A stretch of DNA of 42,110 nt. Source: a virus (lineage: Duplodnaviria; Caudoviricetes). Every line of letters starts with the position of its first letter. Position 1 is the stretch's first letter. Below, piece by piece: positions 28,713-37,582 of this stretch. The translations under genes and the position numbers were made by a program. The notes beneath the pieces are model-generated. The model was not told where the DNA came from. It worked only from the letters and a program-made list of their open reading frames with translations, and made no database searches. The stretch spans positions 1 through 42,110 of the IMG/VR virus record IMGVR_UViG_3300025018_000253, one strand, 5' to 3'.

Positions 28713-31195
28713 TCTGTCATACTCCAGTGAGTAGCTTTACCTGTATGCGGTGTAGGTAAGTGATCACCTTTCTTAATTCCGGCAGGTACTACAAAGGTAC
28801 GGATCTTATTATCGTAACCTTTAATGATTACTGGTATCTCCATTCTCTCCTTAACCATATCGCATAAGTAATCATGCCCTTCCCTGTACTGGAATAGAAT
28901 AGAGTCGTGGATTTGCGCTAACAGTTTAAAGTTATTTGAGTGTTCAGGATTAATAGCTATGTCATTGAATACATTTAGATAAGCTTTATTTAATGTCTGT
29001 GCGTTTAATGATTGAGGCGGATGAGATATATAAGAATTTAATGCAGGTTTAGATTTAGAAGGATCTGCAAAACAGTAGCGAGTCCATGATCCTATCCCTG
29101 TAGCTGTATTTGATAGCAGTTCGTAGTTAGCAGCCCATTCAGCTTGCAACTTATCCATAAGCTTCGCAGAGTGCCAACCCATATGATAAGCTTTAGATGA
29201 CAGCTTATGAGTTCTTGCTATCTCTTCTATCACTCCTTTATAGAACACTCCTTTAATGTCTTGGTAAGTCTTATGGAAAGACTCTAATAGATATTCAGCT
29301 ACTTGCTTATAGCTCCACATTCTAGGTAAACGTAGTAGGCTCTTCGCTGTCTGAATGTTCTCTTCGCCCATTGTATCTATTAATACATAGGCCCCCATAT
29401 TATAATTGGCTCCGTGATTCACTCGCTTAGCTAGATCGCGAATAGTCTTGTTAAGGGACTTACCTGCGGCAGTATCATAGAGTTCTTCAAAAGGAATGCC
29501 AAAGAAGGCAGAAGCGTTAGTGCAATGGAAATCAGGGCTGTATTCTACATTGTGAATAAGAGTTTCATCTCCTGAGATATAAGCTGTGTCTCTTGACTCC
29601 GCCTGTTCTAGATCTACTTCTGCAAGAAAGAATCCTGGATCTGCTTTAAAAGTTTGTTTAATTATAGTTCCACGCGGAATCTTCTGTATGTTATCTCCTG
29701 TCCAGAAGTGGTGAGATTTAGAAGCAAGTCTAGAGCTATCTGTGCCGTGAGGATTAAGAGAGTAGAGAAAGCGCGGATTCTTTTTAGTTGTATCTGATAG
29801 AGAGTAGAATTCTTTACCTTCTGTAAGATAGTTGCTAATAAGAGTGCGCGCTTTAATTATCTTTAATACTAATCCCAGAACTCTAGCGTTAAAGGGATGG
29901 CGGTATCTGGCTTTATTTATATTCTTTTCATCCTGAGACTTAAGGTCAGAACAACCTAGCAGTTTGAACAATGCTTTTTTCTGCGGAGAGCTCTTAACAT
30001 TAAAGGAAGCTCCGGCAGGTATACCTAAGATAGTATTAAGAGAGGCAGTGTATTTCTCTATGATAGCTTCTTGCTCCGCTCTAGCTACAGCAAACTTGTC
30101 CATGTCTCTAGCTATGCCTGTCATCTCAGACAAGTGGCAAGGGAATGTAAGAGGGAATTCTAGCAGGTAGTTATCGAAAGCAAACTTCGGAGCTTCCGCT
30201 ATCATAGCTAAGAAAGCATTACCTGTGCCCCAAGTATCAAGAGCATTATAGCGGTAATACTCGTGGAGATCATTAGTCTCCGCAAGATCTTTCCAATATA
30301 CCGCCTCGCGTATGAAGAATGAGTTAAGAAACCCAAGATCCTTAGGCAGTTCGCTATACCAGCTATGAAATAAAACTGCTGTATCATACAGATAATTATA
30401 CACAGGAGCACTATATCTTGCAAGGTAAGAGATATCGTATTTTCCATTTTGAAATACCTTCGGTGCTTGTAAGTTCCAGTTCCACTTACGCATGATTGAT
30501 AAGTTATAGACAGAATCCATAGGTAAGACTACACTGCTTGAATAGAAGTCTCTAGTATTATTAGATTGAAAGAAAGCTGTATAAGATAAGCAGCGGATAG
30601 CTGCATTCTCTTTAAAGGTTTCAATATCTATACAGATAAGAAAAGCAGAGGAGAAACTAGAAAACACAGCTTTCTCATTAGTTGCATCTAGTAAGATATA
30701 TCCAGTAAACTCAGTAGGTTTGTACCAAGTATCCGGCTTAGTTAGTTTAGACACTAATCTTGTAACCATGAACTTACCGTGAGGTACGGTGGCTAGCTGT
30801 TTCAGCGGCTTAATGAATACTAGTTCAATCTCTGTTCCACCAGGTTTAAAGGGAGGCAGCTTAAAATAGGAGCCAGCGTAGCTATCTAAGGAAGGAGCTG
30901 CTCGCTTTTCCCATTTAAGAGCTTTAATCAGCAATGAAGGGCTAGAGGAAATGACCTTAGTTATGCCCTTAGCTGCGCAGTACATAGTTACTTGCGCTAT
31001 AGTATCTACTTTTTCTAAGCGAAGAAAGACAGTAGAAGAACCTACACAGCCTTTAAGTAAAGGGAGGTAGTCTTTATCTGCTAGAGTACCCCAGAAAAGG
31101 ATATTGTTATCTGAGATAGCTGGCTGTCTCCTGTTACTATTGCTGCTACCTTCTGCTCTTAGCTTTGCGATATGTGCTTTTAAATCTATGCTCAT
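28709..31195 (-). CDS. polA: DNA polymerase, family A, with 3'-5' exonuclease (start revised to ATG 31195, 828 aa)
   Basis: ExoI DIET, ExoII NGKYD, ExoIII YNALD; motif A DLEQAESR, motif B RDLAKRVNHGANY, motif C QIHDS. The start overlaps the upstream stop (ATGA). Confidence 0.93.
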   Translation of the reverse strand: MSIDLKAHIAKLRAEGSSNSNRRQPAISDNNILFWGTLADKDYLPLLKGCVGSSTVFLRLEKVDTIAQVTMYCAAKGITKVISSSPSLLIKALKWEKRAAPSLDSYAGSYFKLPPFKPGGTEIELVFIKPLKQLATVPHGKFMVTRLVSKLTKPDTWYKPTEFTGYILLDATNEKAVFSSFSSAFLICIDIETFKENAAIRCLSYTAFFQSNNTRDFYSSSVVLPMDSVYNLSIMRKWNWNLQAPKVFQNGKYDISYLARYSAPVYNYLYDTAVLFHSWYSELPKDLGFLNSFFIREAVYWKDLAETNDLHEYYRYNALDTWGTGNAFLAMIAEAPKFAFDNYLLEFPLTFPCHLSEMTGIARDMDKFAVARAEQEAIIEKYTASLNTILGIPAGASFNVKSSPQKKALFKLLGCSDLKSQDEKNINKARYRHPFNARVLGLVLKIIKARTLISNYLTEGKEFYSLSDTTKKNPRFLYSLNPHGTDSSRLASKSHHFWTGDNIQKIPRGTIIKQTFKADPGFFLAEVDLEQAESRDTAYISGDETLIHNVEYSPDFHCTNASAFFGIPFEELYDTAAGKSLNKTIRDLAKRVNHGANYNMGAYVLIDTMGEENIQTAKSLLRLPRMWSYKQVAEYLLESFHKTYQDIKGVFYKGVIEEIARTHKLSSKAYHMGWHSAKLMDKLQAEWAANYELLSNTATGIGSWTRYCFADPSKSKPALNSYISHPPQSLNAQTLNKAYLNVFNDIAINPEHSNNFKLLAQIHDSILFQYREGHDYLCDMVKERMEIPVIIKGYDNKIRTFVVPAGIKKGDHLPTPHTGKATHWSMTE

Positions 31196-31509
31196 GAGTA
31201 TTGTCCGCTGTTGGTAACTGCATAGATGCAACCTCTACTTACATGAGAGAAGGCAGCTTTATTAATTTCGCTATCAGTAAAACCCGCGCTGGATAAGACT
31301 AGTATCATCTCTCGCTGCAGGTTAGATAGTATCTTACTATGATGGTTCTCGCCTATCTTCTTAAGAGATATCTTATTAGAGCTAGCAAAAGACTTAACGC
31401 TTTGGGTAGATCTACCTAAGATGATAGCAATCTCTGCTGCTGTTATCTTACCTGCATACTGTTTAATAATAACTGTCTCTTCTTGAGAATAGTAGTTTCT
31501 AGTATTCAT
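31192..31509 (-). CDS. DNA-binding protein with two HTH-like units
   Basis: YSQEE...AAEIAIILGRSTQSV and GENHHSKIL...SEINKAAFSHVSRGCIY. Confidence 0.65.
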   Translation of the reverse strand: MNTRNYYSQEETVIIKQYAGKITAAEIAIILGRSTQSVKSFASSNKISLKKIGENHHSKILSNLQREMILVLSSAGFTDSEINKAAFSHVSRGCIYAVTNSGQYS

Positions 31510-31546
31510 AGAGGCTTCCTAATTTTACATATTCTTTTTACTAGAA

Positions 31547-31576
31547 AGCCCCAGTACCGATTAAGATACTGGGGCT
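31547..31576 (-). terminator. Intrinsic terminator downstream of the SSB-like gene
   Basis: AGCCCCAGTA / TACTGGGGCT stem with a short U-tail on the minus strand. Confidence 0.7.
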
Positions 31577-31617
31577 AGGGAGGAGCAGAAAGATTAACTA
31601 ACTGCTAGGTGAAGAGA

Positions 31618-32043
31618 CTAGATAACTTCTATTTCTTTAACTACAAGATATACTTTATCAGGGTCAGTCTTATCCTTTCTTAAGCTTGTGATAACTACAC
31701 ACTCCACATCTTGCACACCTTCTACAATTTCGCGGATAGTACTGAAGCCAAGAGCGGCGCCGAAAGGTAATGCGCACTTCTTAAGATTGCCTTGGCCATA
31801 TTCATTATCTAGCATGAACACGGTACCAGAAGTATCACCAGCTTTAGGTTCAGCATCTTGCAGATCAGCTAGCTCTACTGCTTCCTGATACTTAAATACC
31901 AATTCAACGGCGGCTTTACCGTTAATCTCTTTAGTAGCAAAGCTAGCTAAGACACGATGGGCGCCAACAGGGAACGGTTTAAACTCAGGCAGATCTGCTA
32001 AGTCATCAAGAGTTGCATCTAATAAAGAATCTAAATTTGACAT
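31618..32043 (-). CDS. ssDNA-binding protein, DUF669-like, putative
   Basis: Acidic N-terminus, PFPVGAHRV start of an OB-like fold; directly downstream of the Sak4-like ATPase. Confidence 0.6.
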   Translation of the reverse strand: MSNLDSLLDATLDDLADLPEFKPFPVGAHRVLASFATKEINGKAAVELVFKYQEAVELADLQDAEPKAGDTSGTVFMLDNEYGQGNLKKCALPFGAALGFSTIREIVEGVQDVECVVITSLRKDKTDPDKVYLVVKEIEVI

Positions 32044-32161
32044 AATAATATTCCTACAATGGATTGATTGAGTTAAGTATTGATTTAATTTATTACTCCG
32101 TAATGAGTATACTACTTTATTTTGGTCCGGTATACCAGCGGTTCCATTACACTAACTAGAC

Positions 32162-33061
32162 TTATACTTTCTTTTTAAGTCTAGCCAGAATATCTTTAGT
32201 ACTGGCAGCGGAAGTACCTACAGCTACAGAGGAGGTAGCTCCTTTATCTGTCGGTTTATCTTTCGTAGCCATCTTCGGTGCTAGCTCCGGTTTAAATATA
32301 GCTAGTAAAGTAGGTTTCTCAGTACCTTCTAGCACTACATCAGAACGAGAACCTGTAAGAATGTTAGTAGCGTATTGCGTAGAGGAAGCAAAGGTATGCT
32401 TCTTATTCTTTCTCTCTGCATATATAACATGATCAAAGAATTTAGCTACATTCCTACTATAAGCCTTAGTGCCACCAACAGGTACTAGCACATTCTTCTT
32501 ACCTTCTGTCTCTGCCTCAGTTTCGTGAGAGATAACTACTACATTATAGTTAGCTTGCTGAATATGAGACAGGAAGATATCGAGAAGCTTACCTAGATTA
32601 CCCCAGTCATTGTAGTCTAGCTTATAGTCATCCGGTTGGTTCTTGGTGATCTGAGCTATACAAGAAGAGGTAAGCTGGGTAAGAGAATCGAATACTACTA
32701 CTGTATCGCTGCTAAGAGCAGGCAGATTAATATCTACAGTAGCTGCACCTTCCTTCTTACAGATCATGCAGCTTACTTTACCGTGAGTTTCGCAGATAGA
32801 GACAGCCCCTTTAACCATCTTTAATACAGTCTCTGCCGCTATAGGATAAGACCTAGTATCAGGTAAGTTAATAAGCTCTATTCTATCTTGCCAGTCAGTA
32901 GGTAATTTAAATAAAGTCTCATGCCCATTCTCCATATCTACCCAGATAAGATTATAGCACTCAGCTAACTGCCCTACTAACTGAGTCTTACCTGACTTAG
33001 GGGCGCCGTATACTATAATTCTATGAGTAGAAGAAGTGCTTTTACTGGATAGTTTAGCCAT
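32162..33061 (-). CDS. Sak4-like (AAA_24, RecA-fold) ATPase / ssDNA annealing protein
   Basis: YGAPKSGKT, DMENG, VVFDSLT, DWG, VISHE and FFDHV motifs; CxxH...CxxC insertion. Confidence 0.8.
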   Translation of the reverse strand: MAKLSSKSTSSTHRIIVYGAPKSGKTQLVGQLAECYNLIWVDMENGHETLFKLPTDWQDRIELINLPDTRSYPIAAETVLKMVKGAVSICETHGKVSCMICKKEGAATVDINLPALSSDTVVVFDSLTQLTSSCIAQITKNQPDDYKLDYNDWGNLGKLLDIFLSHIQQANYNVVVISHETEAETEGKKNVLVPVGGTKAYSRNVAKFFDHVIYAERKNKKHTFASSTQYATNILTGSRSDVVLEGTEKPTLLAIFKPELAPKMATKDKPTDKGATSSVAVGTSAASTKDILARLKKKV

Positions 33062-33398
33062 GATAGAAAACTCCGGCAGTTGTTGTAACTATAGCTTTGT
33101 TTTTAAGCTCCAGCTTAATTAATACTCGCTGTCTCTTATCTTCTAGTAAGGATATATCCAGCTCCAAGCAAGCTATTTTTTTCTTAGCCCTCTCATAATC
33201 CTTTCTCTCTAAGCTATACAGGCGCTCTACTATCTCATCTATAAGCTTATGCTTTCTAGCTATTTGAAGGGAGATATCTTTAACCCTAGTTTTCAGTTTC
33301 TTAACTGGGTAGCTAACTTCCGCAACTTTAAGCGCTACCTGCATAGGTGTTTTATAGCTACCTGTAGGTATAGGCAATCTCTTAGATGGCGTATCCAT
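33054..33398 (-). CDS. Basic coiled-coil hypothetical protein
   Basis: Tightly coupled ORF within the - operon. Confidence 0.7.
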   Translation of the reverse strand: MDTPSKRLPIPTGSYKTPMQVALKVAEVSYPVKKLKTRVKDISLQIARKHKLIDEIVERLYSLERKDYERAKKKIACLELDISLLEDKRQRVLIKLELKNKAIVTTTAGVFYHG

Positions 33399-33805
33399 TA
33401 TATCAACCCCACTTTTTCAGCAAATACATCCCAGACATATACAGTACAGGCAGATACACCTAAGTTCTTACATACCCTTATAGGTATCCACTGATTTACA
33501 ATCTCACCTGTACCTTCATTAGCTACATAAGTGATAAATATAGCTTTATCTGTAGCGTGCTCAAAAGAGAAGAAAGATATAAGCGAACTGTTTTTGAGTC
33601 TGGAGCTATCTTTAGGTACTATCTCTACTATATTAGAGTACGTATCTATATACGCCGCTGTTGGATCTTCGCTGTATTCTGCATAGCTAGACATTAGACT
33701 GTCAGTGTCAAGCTTTCTGTAGTGAGAGGTATCCACTTCATAAGCTCGGGATTCGTCATCTTCAAAGCGCTTTAGTTCGCTGTTATCATCTATACATAAC
33801 ATCAT
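33398..33805 (-). CDS. Hypothetical protein
   Basis: AAGGAG Shine-Dalgarno; overlaps both neighbours. Confidence 0.7.
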   Translation of the reverse strand: MMLCIDDNSELKRFEDDESRAYEVDTSHYRKLDTDSLMSSYAEYSEDPTAAYIDTYSNIVEIVPKDSSRLKNSSLISFFSFEHATDKAIFITYVANEGTGEIVNQWIPIRVCKNLGVSACTVYVWDVFAEKVGLI

Positions 33806-34914
33806 AAATCTCCTTTCGCTATCTGTGCTTCTACTAGATCATAGAAGTCTATATTAAAAGTATACTTCTCTTCTGCCTCTGCTATTGCTTCTAGTATAGG
33901 AGCAGTCAGCGGCTTAGTTAAGTTCTCAGTTTTGAGAGTACATAATCCTAGATACTCACACTCTCTGAAAAAGTTAAAGCAAGAGTGCCCTTGCATAGGA
34001 TAGGTATCATAGCTATCATAGAGCTTAATGATATTGGTATCTATAAGAAGTTCCTGCAGCCAAAGAGCGCGCTGTAACAGAGACTTAGTAAAGGGTAACT
34101 CTTTATAAGTCATAGCCTTTGTTTCATACACTAGGTATAAGACAGTATAGGATGACATCTCAGGAAAGAGTATGTCTAAGATTACAGAATACCCTAATGC
34201 TTGGCCTGAGTTTTTGAAATTAGCTGGGTTAGCTACGCCGCTAGAAGTCTTTAGCTCTAAAACTAGGATAACCCCTGTAACTTTATGCTTTAAGACCGCA
34301 TCTACGAAGCCGCGATATTTGAATCCATCAGGTAATAAAACTTGAAACGCTAGTTCTACTGCCGGCTTACCTTGGTAATATACTAATTCATACTCATCAA
34401 GAAAGCCGCCATCTCTAAGAGAGATAAACTTCTGAGTAGCAAACACAGCTAACCAGAAGGATTTATTCTGTCTAGGTGTAGCTTCTAATAGATCAGTATC
34501 CCATTCGAGAAATGTATCTAAGAGAATCTGAGTCTCTGATTTATTCTCTAAGGTGGATTGCACACCCATACCTACAGCTTTACCATAAGCAAAGGTAACT
34601 CTGCTTTCTTCTTCTTTGATAGATTCAGTAGATATTTCTTTTGAAGAGAGGCGGTACAGTTGGTACTTCCTAGGACAAGTATGTAAGAGAGTACGAGAGC
34701 TGTGAGATAGCAGCTTCAATCTAGGATCTATCTCTCCGGCATCTAGCTCTATAACAGGTATTAGATTAGGGGAGTCAGAAGCTGGGTGTAACTCGCTATC
34801 TAATAGCCCCTCAACAGAGAAGCCTTCTTTAAGATCGGCGGGTTCTTGGTGTAATTCAATGCTATCTAGCAGAGAATCGAAATCTTTTTTATTGCTTACA
34901 GTCTTCATAGTCAT
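33802..34914 (-). CDS. Cas4-like PD-(D/E)xK exonuclease with four Cys (probable Fe-S cluster)
   Basis: LSHSS...CPRKY, GFVD...ELKT, QALGY, C-x6-C-x5-C. Confidence 0.82.
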   Translation of the reverse strand: MTMKTVSNKKDFDSLLDSIELHQEPADLKEGFSVEGLLDSELHPASDSPNLIPVIELDAGEIDPRLKLLSHSSRTLLHTCPRKYQLYRLSSKEISTESIKEEESRVTFAYGKAVGMGVQSTLENKSETQILLDTFLEWDTDLLEATPRQNKSFWLAVFATQKFISLRDGGFLDEYELVYYQGKPAVELAFQVLLPDGFKYRGFVDAVLKHKVTGVILVLELKTSSGVANPANFKNSGQALGYSVILDILFPEMSSYTVLYLVYETKAMTYKELPFTKSLLQRALWLQELLIDTNIIKLYDSYDTYPMQGHSCFNFFRECEYLGLCTLKTENLTKPLTAPILEAIAEAEEKYTFNIDFYDLVEAQIAKGDL

Positions 34915-35329
34915 TACAAAACTCCTTTAAGGAGAGATAGATTATAGCGCTTGTTAGTTTATTTCTTCTTGCTAAGCACTGGTAGAATTCTAGGCTACTA
35001 GATATAGGAGCCGGTACTAATACGTCTGCTATCTTATGTACCTCATAGCTATGAACTATAGCAGGAATAGATCTAGCAGATAGTGGACGGCAGGCAGATA
35101 ACTCAACTTCTGCTAAATCTATCGGAGCTAGCCAGTCTCTTAATAATTTCGCTCCTTCCATATAATTCTTATAGCAATCGCCATTTATAGTGCCGCTAAT
35201 ATCCCTAGCTTTATTATAGATAGTAAGATATACAGAAAGAGGTGTCGGATTATTAGAAGAGGAACGCGCAGAAGTATTAGCTGTTTCTCTAAGGGCTGCT
35301 AATCTTTCTGATAGCGATAGCGTAAGCAT
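34889..35329 (-). CDS. Hypothetical protein
   Basis: 146-aa ORF with an AGGTG Shine-Dalgarno in the - operon. Confidence 0.7.
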   Translation of the reverse strand: MLTLSLSERLAALRETANTSARSSSNNPTPLSVYLTIYNKARDISGTINGDCYKNYMEGAKLLRDWLAPIDLAEVELSACRPLSARSIPAIVHSYEVHKIADVLVPAPISSSLEFYQCLARRNKLTSAIIYLSLKEFCNDYEDCKQ

Positions 35330-35343
35330 TATGCTGCACCTAT

Positions 35344-35643
35344 CTACAGATCACTAACAGTAATTTTAGACATAGCTTTAGACGTACCTTTCTTAAGAGA
35401 GGTAGCAGCTATCTCAGTAGAGGTCTGTTTCTTAAGGCCAGCTACTATGATAGAGCACTCTTCTTCTGTAAGAATAGTTACAAGATCGCTGTCTGCTTTA
35501 AGAGTGCGGTGGATATCTCGCAGCAAGGAAGGCACATTAGGAGTAGAGGTTAAGAGTGCTTGCTCTAGTTCAGCCAGCTTCTGTCTTATCTCAAAGTGAG
35601 CGGGATTATTCTGGGTAAGAGTATTCTGGGTAGGTGTAGTCAT
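35344..35643 (-). CDS. Hypothetical protein
   Basis: 99-aa helical ORF; GGAG Shine-Dalgarno. Confidence 0.75.
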   Translation of the reverse strand: MTTPTQNTLTQNNPAHFEIRQKLAELEQALLTSTPNVPSLLRDIHRTLKADSDLVTILTEEECSIIVAGLKKQTSTEIAATSLKKGTSKAMSKITVSDL

Positions 35644-35691
35644 TAGTATAGTCTCCGGTTTATTACAAAAGGGTAATGGCGCTTATAGATA

Positions 35692-35937
35692 TTACAGATC
35701 TTCTAGTTTAGGGATATATTCCAACTCTACTAGTTTAAATGTAATTATCTTACCTATTACGGTTTCTTTTAATTCGTATCTTTTTTTATTTTCTTTAACT
35801 AGATATCTCCAACCTATATCTCTAGCTTTCTCCTTTCTAACTGCTTGTATAATTCTTCTGTGTAAAGCAGGTGCAGCAGAGATAGAAGCCTTATTATTCT
35901 CTTTTAGCTTAAGCCAGATAGGTTCATATTGCCTCAT
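35692..35937 (-). CDS. Small basic hypothetical protein
   Basis: 81-aa ORF whose leader contains the TAGA microsatellite. Confidence 0.7.
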   Translation of the reverse strand: MRQYEPIWLKLKENNKASISAAPALHRRIIQAVRKEKARDIGWRYLVKENKKRYELKETVIGKIITFKLVELEYIPKLEDL

Positions 35938-35951
35938 TCTTGAAGACCTGT

Positions 35952-35998
<47 letters not shown>

Positions 35999-36054
35999 TG
36001 GATTATTAGTCATTATCTTTTTTATATTAACTCTCATAGATAGAAAGCTAGTAT

Positions 36055-36097
36055 AAAAAGACCCTCTAGTGACAGAAGACTAACATCACTAGAAGGT
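36055..36097 (-). terminator. Intrinsic terminator after the 245-aa gene, with a second hairpin at ~36017-36060
   Basis: Minus strand ACCTTCTAGTGA...TCACTAGAGGGT followed by CTTTTT. Confidence 0.65.
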
Positions 36098-36129
36098 AAA
36101 GTACTACAAGGAGACGGTATCGGTAGGTA

Positions 36130-36867
36130 TTACAGGTTAGCTAACAGCTCTTCAGGCGATACATTCAGTAAGGCATCAGCTTTATTTAACAAGAAATCAA
36201 TACATTCTTCATACTCTTCTGCATTAGGAGAGTGTTCAGCATAGACTGCTAGCTGATCCACCAGAAGATTCAATACAGCTTCATTAGTTTTAACTGCTGA
36301 GAATTTGTTCTGCAAGATTTTAGCCGCATTCGCAACTTGCTCTGGAGACTTGCCAGTAATAGCAGGCATGACTTCACAGTAATCTTGTGCGAATGCTTCC
36401 CAAGTCTCCTTAGGAAGACCGCCACCCTTACGCTGAGCTTTAGGTAAGTTAGCAATGAACTCCCAAGCTACTTTATCCGCTGGGAATGTAGCAGCTGTAA
36501 GAGTAAGACCTTCATGAAGAATGTCGCGAGCTGCGCTATCCACTACAGAAGCCATAGCTTCCATTACTAGTTCTAAACCTTTGCCGCCTTTTTCGATGAT
36601 GTTAATAAGACCTTGCACAGAAGGATAAGGTATAGCTAATTGTACAGGTTTACGAATGGTTTCAATACCGGTATCTTTATCTTTAGACTTCTTGAAGTTA
36701 AAGATAACGGGTTTAACATCTACATCAAAATCATAGTTAGCTTTAATAGTAGAGGTAATAGAAGACATTTCTTCCGCTGTTGGATTCTGTACTTCAATTA
36801 CCTTGGTTGTTTCTTGCTGGCTTGATTCGTTGTTTTCGGTTACTGCTTGTTGGGTAAGTTCTGACAT
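36130..36867 (-). CDS. Acidic 245-aa hypothetical protein, probably highly expressed
   Basis: Has its own promoter, AAGGA Shine-Dalgarno and terminator. Confidence 0.85.
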   Translation of the reverse strand: MSELTQQAVTENNESSQQETTKVIEVQNPTAEEMSSITSTIKANYDFDVDVKPVIFNFKKSKDKDTGIETIRKPVQLAIPYPSVQGLINIIEKGGKGLELVMEAMASVVDSAARDILHEGLTLTAATFPADKVAWEFIANLPKAQRKGGGLPKETWEAFAQDYCEVMPAITGKSPEQVANAAKILQNKFSAVKTNEAVLNLLVDQLAVYAEHSPNAEEYEECIDFLLNKADALLNVSPEELLANL

Positions 36868-36983
36868 TTTAAAATCCTTAGCTATTAGCTGGTAGTGGTG
36901 ACAGGTAGTTACCAGACAGTAACTAGTAGCCGGTAATTACCTATCGGTTAGTGAAGGGAAAAGTATTTCCGCATTCAAGAAAG

Positions 36984-37028
36984 ATTATATTATAATTTTA
37001 TAACGAAGTCGTCAAGAAGTTTTTTTTC
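36984..37028 (-). promoter_or_regulatory. Strong sigma70-type promoter
   Basis: A-tract, TTGACG, then overlapping TATAAT/TAATAT/TATAAT boxes at 15, 17 and 20 nt spacing. Confidence 0.7.
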
Positions 37029-37042
37029 TGCCAGCTAGAGCA

Positions 37043-37345
37043 CTAAATCTGGAGTATTGCATAAGGCACCTTTTTAGATAGTAAGCTAGTTTTAATGGCA
37101 GCAGTCATAGTTGGAGATAAAGAGCGGATAAGTACTATATTATACTCTTCTATTACTTTACAGACTATCTTAGTGTGAGGGTAGTCAGGTATATCTATAA
37201 GATCCTGTAAACCTAAGCCTGTACTAAGATTTCTCTGTATCGAGATATTCGCAGCTTTTAGCTCTTTAAGAGGTATAGTGAATATAAGAGAGTATTGCGC
37301 ACAGCGTTTCTGTGTATGTGTATCGGTATGGATAGATGAAATCAT
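37043..37345 (-). CDS. Hypothetical protein
   Basis: AGGAG Shine-Dalgarno; 100 aa. Confidence 0.7.
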   Translation of the reverse strand: MISSIHTDTHTQKRCAQYSLIFTIPLKELKAANISIQRNLSTGLGLQDLIDIPDYPHTKIVCKVIEEYNIVLIRSLSPTMTAAIKTSLLSKKVPYAILQI

Positions 37346-37346
37346 A

Positions 37347-37517
37347 TTAGTATTCTACTCCTATAGAGGTTAAGATTAATACTAGTCCTGTTAAGAATAG
37401 TGTGAAAGAGAAAGCGCTTTCAAAGCCTATTTGTATTCTTTTCTGCTCTAGATAGGTACTATAAGCTAGACAAGCTATACCTATTAGAGCTGTTATTAAT
37501 AGTCCGGTGGATTGCAT
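37347..37517 (-). CDS. 56-aa two-TM membrane protein (not in the ORF track)
   Basis: MQSTGLLITALIGIACLAYSTYLEQKRIQIGFESAFSFTLFLTGLVLILTSIGVEY; AGGAG upstream; fills the gap and stops 1 nt before the next ATG. Confidence 0.75.
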   Translation of the reverse strand: MQSTGLLITALIGIACLAYSTYLEQKRIQIGFESAFSFTLFLTGLVLILTSIGVEY

Positions 37518-37582
37518 GGTGAGTATAAACTCCTATAGTGGATTGGATTGGTGGATCGCTGCTAGTAACTAGTTACTAGTAA

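Noticed and set aside
28709-31195. Modified-base genome (for example 2-aminoadenine with DpoZ)
   Set aside because: No purZ, dATPase, thymidylate synthase-like, glycosyltransferase or methyltransferase gene recognised.
32100-32150. Possible third copy of the late promoter (ATGGAACC...TAGTATACT, minus strand)
   Set aside because: Three mismatches in the box and spacing off by two; it may still be an ordinary promoter for the SSB gene.
33802-34914. CRISPR-Cas system (Cas4-like gene plus repeats)
   Set aside because: No repeat-spacer array and no other cas genes; solo Cas4-like nucleases are common in Sak4 recombination modules.
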